NCBI GenBank assembly: GCA_963710105.1
Contig: CAVPYV010000002.1
Coordinates: forward strand, 116,972 to 180,971
Direction: 5' to 3'
DNA: 64,000 bases
Origin: an uncultured Chloroflexia bacterium
GTDB lineage: Bacteria > Chloroflexota > Limnocylindria > Limnocylindrales > CSP1-4
The translations under genes were made by a program, and so were the position numbers. The notes beneath the pieces were generated by a model. It was not told where the DNA came from. It worked only from the letters and a program-made list of their open reading frames with translations, and searched no databases. Shown here in pieces: positions 8,501 to 16,492 of the stretch (its first letter is position 1; each line of letters starts with the position of its first letter).

Positions 8501-11062
8501 GCCGTCGTCGGATCGAGGGTCCGGACCTGGCTGTCGGAGGTGACGACGAGGATGGCCGAGCCGTCGTCGGGCACGTAGAGGCGGTCGATCGCGCCGTCGA
8601 CCTGGCCGAACCGCTCCGGCTCGGCGATGTCGGCGGTCGAGCCGCCGGCCCGGAGCGAGTCGAGCGTGCTGAGATCGAACGTCCAGATCGTCCCGTCCGA
8701 CGAGCCGATGAACAGTCGGTCCTGGGTCGAGTCGACGGCGACTGCCGCGGCCCCCTCGATCGGCATCGTCGCCACCAGGGCACGCGTCGCGAGGTCGTAG
8801 GAGCGCAGCTCCGAGCCGGTGACGATGTCGACCCGGTCGCCCGCCCGGCCGTCGGGCAGGAACCCGTCGTCGAACCGGCGCTCGATCGTCGCGTCGAGGA
8901 CCGGCACGCCCAGGTTGCTCGTCGCGGTCACCCGGTCGTCGCCCCAGGCGACGAGTCCGCCGGCCATGGCGTACTTGGCGAGATGGGGGTGGGTCCACTC
9001 GTAGATGTCGTGGTCGATGCCGTAGCGCCAGTCCTGGAGGAACTCGGTCGCCGTCCGGGCGTGGTAGACCTCGTCGAAGTGCATCTGGTAGGGCTCGGAG
9101 AGGCGGAACATCCGGATCCCGAGAACGGCGACCACGAGGACGACGAGGAGCCACAGGTCGAGGCGGTCGAGGCGGCCCGGCGGCTCGTCGTGGAGCTCGT
9201 GCGATCGGTCCGCGCGGACCGGTCGCTGCTCAAGGCGGGCGCGGAACCACCCGATCGGGCCGGCTTCGGCGAAGGACGGCGGCTCCGACCACGTCGGGAA
9301 CGTGGCCGCGGCCGGGGCGGCGACGGCCGTTCCGCCGGCGGCCGACGTCGGGCCGGCCGGGTCGGCCGCGAACGCGGCGCCCGCCCCCGCGGTGGCGCCG
9401 GCCCGGCGGGTCCCGGCCGCCAGGCGCGTCGCGTCGGCCGCGGGGTGCGGCCACGGGGCGGCCGGGTCATCGGCCGCCTGGTCGTCGGACGCCTCGCCGG
9501 CGGCCTCGCCGAGCTCCCGCTCGAGGGCGGACCGGGCGGTCGGCCGGAGCTGGGCGAACGCCCAGAGCGCGGCGGCGAGGGCCGCCAGGGCGATGAGGGT
9601 CACCCCCGTCGAGCCGCGGATGCCCGGCCCGATCCCGAGCCAATCGGTGATCCCCGGGTTGTCGCCGTAGAGCGTCGTCAGGACGACGTACATGTTCAGG
9701 AACGTCGTCAGCGACAGCACCGCGTAGGCGATCCGCCAGCGGACGGAGATCGCGGCCAGGATGGCGCCGAGGGCGACGAGCGGGAAGAGGTAGCGCTCGT
9801 GGACCCGGGTGGGGAGGATGAAGAAGGCGATCGCGAGGATCGTCACGCCGGTCAGGATCACGAGCGGCGTCGGCCGCCGGGCGACCAGGACCGAGACGAT
9901 GACGAAGGCGGCGAGGAGCAGCGCGGCCCCGACGAACACCGCCGGGATCGGGCCGACCATCACGGCCTCGGGGCAGGAGGCGCCGCCGGGCGGAGGGGTC
10001 GTGATGACGGTGTCGCACGCCCACTGGCCGTTGGCGGCGACGCCGACCCCGTCGATCGAGGCGAGGGCCCACGGGTTGTAGGCGTTGACGCTGGCGTAAG
10101 GGTACCCGCCGGCGGTCTTGAAGACCTGCTCGATCAGCCCTGAATGGAAGACCTCGCCGTCGTGACCCGGCTCGATGACCGACAGGCCGAACGGAAAGCA
10201 CAGGACGACCGCCGCCAGGAACCCGGCCAGCCCGGTCGTGAGGATCCGGATGGGATGATCGGTCCGCCGCTCCCACCTCCGGAACCGGGCCCGGGCCCGG
10301 GTCAGCCCGGCGGCGGCCCCGGGCCGGCTCGGGGCGGCGTCGTCCGCGGCGGGCTCGGCCGCGGGCGCGGCGGGCTCCGCTGCACGCGCTGCGGGCTCCG
10401 CCGGTCGATCCGCCGGCCACAGCGCCCGCCGGATCGTCACGATCGCCACGATCGGGGCGAGGATCGCCGAGCTGCGGCTTGATCAGCGCCGCGACGACGG
10501 TCAGGATCGCGGCCCGCTCGGGGCGGTCGCGCCACAGCTCGCGGAGGCCGAGCAGGAGGAAGATCACCCCGAACGAGTCGACCTGGCCCCACAGGACCGA
10601 GTCGAACCAGGTGACCGGGTTGACGACGACGAGGGCCGCCCCGATCAGGCCCGCCCGGCGGCCGCCGCCGAGCTCGCGGACCATCGACCAGACCAGCCAG
10701 CCGAGAACGACGTCGGACAGGATCGGCGGGATCTTGATCAGGTCGCCGATGCTGCCCGTCGCGTTGCCGACCAGCCCGACCACGTACAGGACGTAGAGGT
10801 ACCCGGGCGTGTAGTCGTGGAAGAACGGGCGCTCGTAGAACCCGTGGAGGCCTTCGCTGCCGAGGTTGCCGGCCCACGCCTGGAACGACGCCAGGTCGAC
10901 CCTGAACCCCGACCCCGGGTTGAGCTGTGCGATGATGAACCGGAAGACGAGGCCGAGCGCGAGGACGGCGACGATCGCGCCGATGCCATCCCGCGTCCAG
11001 GTGGTCCGTGTCGGCGTGTCCGCGTCCCGGCTCGGTCCGCCCGACACGCGGCCGGACGTCAC
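5506..11062 (-). CDS. ~1,850-aa polytopic GT-C fusion (N-terminal GT-C module + protein O-mannosyltransferase-like module), interrupted by a 1-nt frameshift near 10465-10468
   Basis: ORF 9467..11149 carries the N-terminus (DLASFQAW, DYTPGY, NP-x4-DS-x2-WGQVD, LIKPQ). ORF 5506..10449 continues the same domain (YASVNAYNPW, TRVHERY) and then PMT motifs (FDEVYH, HPHLAK, FAWR, SRIGMND, SKW, H-x3-SPWW-x-W, KPVWFY). Removing one base restores LIKPQL(G/A)ILAPIVAIV. GTG 11062 is preceded by GGGGAG. Confidence 0.8.
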
Positions 11063-11091
11063 GGGTTGGATCTCCCCGAACGAGCGTTGAG

Positions 11092-12654
11092 GTGGACCGC
11101 AGGGTAGCACAGGGCCGACCGCCACTTGCCCGGGGCTTCCCGACGCCATCGCCGTTCACCGCGATCGCGATCGGCTCCGCCCTGGTCGCGGTCGCCCTGG
11201 TCGTCTACACGCTCAGTCATCCCTACCGCTTCTACAACCATTTCGAGTGGCAGGCGATGGCGTTCCTGGAGGGCCAGGCGGCGATCCGCTACCCGGTCCA
11301 TGCAACGGCGACGTCGCCGTTCGCGAACGACTTCTTCCAGGACGTCCTGCCGGTCCCGACCACGGACGGGATCCCGCGCGGCCTGGTTCCGTTCCCGCCC
11401 CTGCCGGCCGTCCTGCTGATGCCGTTCGTCGCCCTGTGGGGCCTCGCCACCGACGGCCAGCTCGTGTTCGCGATCCTCGGCGCGCTCGACGTCGGGATCG
11501 CCTGGTGGATGCTCGGGAAGCTGCCGATCCGGACGTGGGTCCGGATCGCGACGACCGTCTTCCTCGGGTTCGGGACGGTGTTCTGGTATGCCGCCCAGAT
11601 CGGGACGACCTGGTACCAGGCCCACGTCCTCGCGGTCGGCCTCGCCCTCGCCGCGATCGGGGTTGCGCTGGGCGGTGATCGCGATGCGGCCCGGAGCGAG
11701 GACGACCTCGACGACGCGCTCGACGGCCCGGACGAGCTCCGGGACCCCCCGGCGGGGCTCGCGGCCGCGACACCGCCGGGCGCGGTCGGCGGTGTCGCGA
11801 TCCCGACGCCATGGCCGCGGATCCGTCTTGCCGCCCTCGTCCCCGATCGCCGTCAGTTCGTCGCCGGCTTCCTGTTCGGGCTGGCCTGCACGTCGCGGCT
11901 CACCGTGGCGTTCGCCGCGCCGTTCTTCGTCCTCGTCGGCTCGGGCGGCTCGTGGCAACGGCGCGGCTGGTCGGCGGCGCTCGGCGCGGGGATCCCGATC
12001 GGCCTCCTCGTCGTCTACAACCTCGTGTCGACCGGCCACGTCTTCCACCCCGGCTACGAGTACCTGTACAAGCTCGAGGCGGGGTTCTACATCCCGTTGA
12101 ACTACCACCTGGACTGGCAGATCGAGGACCTTCGCTACCTGCCCCAGAACTTCGCGATCATGTTCCTGGAGACCCCGGTCTGGCATCCGACCGTCGTCCC
12201 GTCGGCGCTCGGCCTCGGCGGGCCGCTCTGCACCGACCCGGCCGTCCGCGGGATCTTCGATCTCCGATGCCCGCTCGTCCTGCCGCGCGACACCGGGATG
12301 AGCATCCTGCTCACAAGCCCGGCCTACCTCCTCGCCCTGCCGGCGATCCGCTGGGGCTTCGGGCGGAGTCGTCTCGTGACCGGGGCCGGCCTCGCGGTCC
12401 TGATCGTGGCGTTCGTGAACCTCATGCATTTCAGCCAGGGCTGGGTCCAGTTCGGCTACCGGTTCAGCCTCGACTTCGCGCCGTGGGCGATCCTCCTCGT
12501 CGCGGTCGGGCTGGAGCGCCTCGCGGCGCGGACGGGGCGGCCCGGCGGACGGGCGGTCGCGTGGGCCCTCGTCGTCGTCGCCCTGCTCCTCGTCGTCGCG
12601 TCGGTGCTCGTCAACCTGTGGGGCGTGGTCTGGGGCGACGCGCTCGGATGGTGA
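11092..12654 (+). CDS. uncharacterised GT-C-superfamily-like membrane protein (start uncertain)
   Basis: Multiple TM helices with YNHFEWQAMAFL, PFPPLPAVLL, YNL, TSPAYL and QFGYRFSLDF motifs typical of orphan GT-C proteins; the only plausible in-frame start before TM1 is GTG 11092. Confidence 0.6.
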   Translation: MDRRVAQGRPPLARGFPTPSPFTAIAIGSALVAVALVVYTLSHPYRFYNHFEWQAMAFLEGQAAIRYPVHATATSPFANDFFQDVLPVPTTDGIPRGLVPFPPLPAVLLMPFVALWGLATDGQLVFAILGALDVGIAWWMLGKLPIRTWVRIATTVFLGFGTVFWYAAQIGTTWYQAHVLAVGLALAAIGVALGGDRDAARSEDDLDDALDGPDELRDPPAGLAAATPPGAVGGVAIPTPWPRIRLAALVPDRRQFVAGFLFGLACTSRLTVAFAAPFFVLVGSGGSWQRRGWSAALGAGIPIGLLVVYNLVSTGHVFHPGYEYLYKLEAGFYIPLNYHLDWQIEDLRYLPQNFAIMFLETPVWHPTVVPSALGLGGPLCTDPAVRGIFDLRCPLVLPRDTGMSILLTSPAYLLALPAIRWGFGRSRLVTGAGLAVLIVAFVNLMHFSQGWVQFGYRFSLDFAPWAILLVAVGLERLAARTGRPGGRAVAWALVVVALLLVVASVLVNLWGVVWGDALGW

Positions 12655-14369
12655 CGAGCCGCCGGCCGTCGCGCACGGTCTCCCTGGGCCCGTGGGTCGC
12701 CGCGCTGGGCGTCGGCGTCGTCGCGCTCGGGCTGTGCCTCTGGCGGGTCATGCCCGGCCTCGGGTTCTGGGACACGGCCGAGTTCCAGACGGTGCTGCCC
12801 GTCATGGGGACCGCCCACCCGACCGGCTACCCGACCTACGTCCTGATCGGCTGGCTCGCGTCGGTCGTCCTGGCCCCGCTCGGCGAGGCGGCGTTCCGGG
12901 TCAACGTGCTCTCGGCGATCCTCGTCGGCATCGGGGCGGCCGTGACCGTCGACCTGGCCAGACGCCTCAGCGGATCCCTCTTGATCGCGATCGTGACCGG
13001 CCTCGGCGTCGCGACCGCGCCGATCGTCTGGGCGATCGGGACCCACGCCGACCCGCACGCGCTCCACTTCGCCTTCGTCGCGATCATCCTCTGGCTCCTC
13101 GTCCGCTGGGAGCAGGGCCGTCGCCGCGACCCGTTCCACGACTCGCTCCGGCGCGACGACCCGCTCGACGAGCCAGTCGACGAGCCGGCCCCGGCAGACG
13201 CCTCGGGCTCGGGCTCGGCCGAGGCGAGCGCCGCGGGACGGCGGGCCGACCGGCTCCTCCTCGCCGCCGCCGCGGTCGTCGGCCTGTCGGTCGGGAACCA
13301 CTCGCTGACCCTCCTGCTCGGGCCGCCGATCCTCTTCTTCGTCGTCGCGGTCGAGCCCGGGATCCTCCGGCGGCGGCGCTTCGTCCTCGCCAACATCGCG
13401 GCCTTCGCCATCCCGACGATCCTCGTCCGGTTCGAGATGGTCCTCCGCGGCGGCTGGTTCCGGGCCCCGTTCGTCTACGCCGACCCCGGCACCTGGACCG
13501 GGTTCTGGTACGTCACCCTCGGCGCCCAGTTCCACGGCTGGGTGACCGATCCCTTCGGCGACCTCCCGCAGCGCGTCGCCGACCTCCTGGCGATCTTCGC
13601 CGCCCAGTTCGGCCCACTCGCCGCGGTCGTGGCCGTCGCCGCGGTCGTGACGATCGTCCGCCAGCCGCGCTACGCCCTCCTCAGCGGGATGACGCTGGTG
13701 CTGACCTGCGCCTTCAACTCGGTCTACCCCGACGGCGCGATCGACCGCTACTACATCGGCCCCGTCCTCATCGCCTGGACGTGGCTGGCGATCCTCGGCG
13801 CGACGGTCGTCGACCTGTTCGTTGATCGGGACGGCGGGTGGGACGACCGCATCGCGGGGATGGGCCTGCTCCTGCCCGCCGCGCTCCGACCCGTCGCGGT
13901 CACCGTGGTGGCGGGCCTCCTCCTCGCCCCGACGCTGATCGCCCTGCCCGCCCGGGCCGGCTCGCCGGACATCGACCGGTCCGGCGATCGGGCCGCCCAG
14001 GTCTGGACCGACGATGTCCTCGCGGCGCTCGAGCCCGACGCGGTCGTCGTGTCGTGGTGGAGCTACTCGACCCCGCTCTGGTATGCCACGATCGTCGATG
14101 CACGGCGGACCGACATCTGCATCATCGATGACCGCAACCGCCTCGACTACGACCTCGGAGAGCTCGACCAGGTGATCGATCGCTACGTCGCCACGCGGCC
14201 CGTGTACCTGATCCGGAACGGGTCGAGCGAGCTCGGCGCGCTCGCCGGCCGCTACGTGATCGCCCCGCTCGGGAGCCCGACCGCCGGCAACGTGCTGCGG
14301 GTCACCGCGAGCCCCGACCACGGCGGGCCCGTCGCCCCGCCGCCCGGCTCGAGCGAGCCCTGCCGGTGA
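12648..14369 (+). CDS. DUF2723 (TMEM260-like) glycosyltransferase
   Basis: 3' part of ORF 11811..14369; WDTAEFQ, AHPTGYPTY, AFRVNVLSA and GNHSLT motifs; ATG 12648 overlaps the upstream stop. Confidence 0.8.
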   Translation: MVTSRRPSRTVSLGPWVAALGVGVVALGLCLWRVMPGLGFWDTAEFQTVLPVMGTAHPTGYPTYVLIGWLASVVLAPLGEAAFRVNVLSAILVGIGAAVTVDLARRLSGSLLIAIVTGLGVATAPIVWAIGTHADPHALHFAFVAIILWLLVRWEQGRRRDPFHDSLRRDDPLDEPVDEPAPADASGSGSAEASAAGRRADRLLLAAAAVVGLSVGNHSLTLLLGPPILFFVVAVEPGILRRRRFVLANIAAFAIPTILVRFEMVLRGGWFRAPFVYADPGTWTGFWYVTLGAQFHGWVTDPFGDLPQRVADLLAIFAAQFGPLAAVVAVAAVVTIVRQPRYALLSGMTLVLTCAFNSVYPDGAIDRYYIGPVLIAWTWLAILGATVVDLFVDRDGGWDDRIAGMGLLLPAALRPVAVTVVAGLLLAPTLIALPARAGSPDIDRSGDRAAQVWTDDVLAALEPDAVVVSWWSYSTPLWYATIVDARRTDICIIDDRNRLDYDLGELDQVIDRYVATRPVYLIRNGSSELGALAGRYVIAPLGSPTAGNVLRVTASPDHGGPVAPPPGSSEPCR

Positions 14370-15145
14370 CCGAGCGCCTCGCCGCCCTGTCCTACTTCTT
14401 CCCCGCCCACAACGAGGAGGCCAACCTCGAGGCCCTCGTGGCCGAGGCGCTGGCGACCCTGCCCGGGCTCGCCGAGACCTTCGAGATCGTCATCGTCGAC
14501 GACGGCTCGCGCGACGCCACCGGCCGGATCGCCGACGAGCTCGCGGCCGCCAATCCGGGCGTCGTCCGGGCCGTCCACCACCCGACGAACCGGGGCTACG
14601 GCGCGGCCCTCCTGTCCGGCTTCCGGGCGGCCCGCCACGACCACGTCGCCTTCACCGACGGCGACCGCCAGTTCCGGGTCGCCGACGTCGCCCGGCTGAT
14701 CGACCGGATGGCGGCCGCGGACCGGCCGGACGTCGTCGTCGGCTTCCGGATCAAGCGCGCCGATCCGCTCGTCCGGACGTTCTACGCCCGCGCCTACCGG
14801 CTCGCCAACCGGATCTTCTTCGGCCTCCGGGTTCGCGACGTCGACTGTGCCTGCAAGCTGTTCCGACGGGAGGCCCTCGCCGGCGTGGCGGTCGAGTCGG
14901 GCGGGGCCTTCTTCTCGGCGGAGCTGCTGATCAAGCTGCGCGCGGCCGGCCGCTCGGTGGCCGAGGTCGGCGTGCCGCATCATCCGCGGACCGCCGGGTC
15001 GCCGACCGGCGCCAAGCCGTCGGTCGTGCTGCGCGCCGTCCGTGACTTCTGGCGGCTGCGGATCGCGATGTGGCGGAACCGCCGCGCGGCGCTCGCCCAC
15101 GGCGAGCCCGTCCTGGCCGCCGGCCCGGATCCGGCCCGCTCCTAG
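14366..15145 (+). CDS. GT2 polyprenol-phosphate glycosyltransferase (Ppm1/DPM1-like)
   Basis: FFPAHNEE, IVDDGSRDAT, NRGYGAA, FTDGDRQF and RDVDCACKLFRR motifs. Confidence 0.85.
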   Translation: MTERLAALSYFFPAHNEEANLEALVAEALATLPGLAETFEIVIVDDGSRDATGRIADELAAANPGVVRAVHHPTNRGYGAALLSGFRAARHDHVAFTDGDRQFRVADVARLIDRMAAADRPDVVVGFRIKRADPLVRTFYARAYRLANRIFFGLRVRDVDCACKLFRREALAGVAVESGGAFFSAELLIKLRAAGRSVAEVGVPHHPRTAGSPTGAKPSVVLRAVRDFWRLRIAMWRNRRAALAHGEPVLAAGPDPARS

Positions 15146-15747
15146 CTCCCGCTCGGGCGCGTCCGACCCTCGCCGGTCTCGGGGTCGACGTCAAGCGAGT
15201 TCACGAACTCCCGGAAGACGTCGAGCCGCGGGTCGACGATCTTCTCCCCCGTGGACTCGAGCGGCGAGCCCTCGATCTCGATGTCGCCCGATGCCCGATC
15301 GGCCGCGGCGGCCGCGTCGCCGCCCAGCGCCGCCTGCTCGAGGACGGCCTCGCTGGCGAAGATCCGGCCGCCCGTCCGGACCGCCAGGGCGAGCGCGTCC
15401 GACGGCCGCGAGTCGATCTCGAAGGTCGACCCGTCGCGCTCCAGGTGGAGGCGGGCGTGATACGTCTCCTCGGCCAGGGTCGAGATGACGACCCGATCGA
15501 CCCGCACGCCGAGGCTCTCGAGGGCGGCCGCGAAGAGGTCGTGGGTCAGGGGCCGGTCGGCCGTCAGGCCCTGGAGCTTCATGGCGATCGCGCTCGCCTC
15601 CCACGGCCCGATCCAGATCGGGAGGTAGCGATCGTGGGCCGTCTCCTTGAGGATCACGACGTGGCGGCTCGACAGCATGTGGACCCGGACGCTCTCGACC
15701 ACCATCTCGACGAGCTCGCTGCCGGCCGTCGGCTCCTCGCTGGCCAT
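15142..15747 (-). CDS. bifunctional nuclease family protein (DUF151)
   Basis: LPIWIG-x2-EA-x-AI, RPLTHDL and DSRPSDALALA motifs. Confidence 0.9.
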   Translation of the reverse strand: MASEEPTAGSELVEMVVESVRVHMLSSRHVVILKETAHDRYLPIWIGPWEASAIAMKLQGLTADRPLTHDLFAAALESLGVRVDRVVISTLAEETYHARLHLERDGSTFEIDSRPSDALALAVRTGGRIFASEAVLEQAALGGDAAAAADRASGDIEIEGSPLESTGEKIVDPRLDVFREFVNSLDVDPETGEGRTRPSGS

Positions 15748-15754
15748 GGCCCGA

Positions 15755-16492
15755 TTATCCCACGCCGACCCGGTCGGTCGAGCGGAGCGATCGCTGGCGG
15801 CCGCCCGGACCGGCCTCGCGGACGATCAGCCCGACGGCGACGCCGGCGAGGAACCCGCCGATGTGGGCGAAGAGGGCGACGCCGCCCGCTGCATCGGGGG
15901 CGCCGATCGAGGCGACCCCGCTCACGAGCTGGAGGAGGAACCACAGGCCGAGGACGATCACGGCCGGGACCTGCAGCAGCTGGTAGAAGAAGCCGAGGAA
16001 CACGAGGGACAGGACGCGGGCCCGCGGGTAGAGGACGAGGTACGCGCCGAGGACCGCGGCGATCGCCCCGCTCGCCCCGATGACGGGGACGGTCGAGTCC
16101 GGCCCGACCGCGACCTGCGTCACCGCCGCCACGACGCCGCCGGCGAGGTAGAAGAGGAGGAACCCGAGGCGCCCGAAGCGATCCTCGACGTTGTTGCCGA
16201 AGATCCACAGGTAGAGCAGGTTCCCGATGAGGTGGATCCAGCCGCCGTGCAGGAACATGCTGCTGACGAGGGTCGCGAGGGCCCACGGCAGGTCGGCACC
16301 GCCGCCGCCGACCGCCGCCGTCAGGTGACCGGGCACGAGCCCGTAGTCGGCGAACAGTCGCTCGAGCCCGGCGTCACCCTCGCTGACCTGGACGGTCAGC
16401 TCGTAGGCGAAGATCGCGACGCACGCCGCCACCAGCCCGATCGTCACCACCGGCCGGCGATGGGTCGGGTTGGCGTCGCGGAGCGGGATCAC
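15755..16492 (-). CDS. rhomboid intramembrane serine protease
   Basis: MIPLRD start, SMFLHGGWIHLIGN, GASGAI (catalytic Ser) and AHIGG (catalytic His). Confidence 0.93.
   Translation of the reverse strand: MIPLRDANPTHRRPVVTIGLVAACVAIFAYELTVQVSEGDAGLERLFADYGLVPGHLTAAVGGGGADLPWALATLVSSMFLHGGWIHLIGNLLYLWIFGNNVEDRFGRLGFLLFYLAGGVVAAVTQVAVGPDSTVPVIGASGAIAAVLGAYLVLYPRARVLSLVFLGFFYQLLQVPAVIVLGLWFLLQLVSGVASIGAPDAAGGVALFAHIGGFLAGVAVGLIVREAGPGGRQRSLRSTDRVGVG

Noticed and set aside
5137-10143. 1,668-aa and 1,245-aa plus-strand ORFs (5137..10143, 5417..9154) and many similar long ORFs across the window
   Set aside because: They are antisense or off-frame shadows of real genes in very GC-rich DNA: Arg/Gly/Pro-rich or reverse-codon patterned, with no family motifs.
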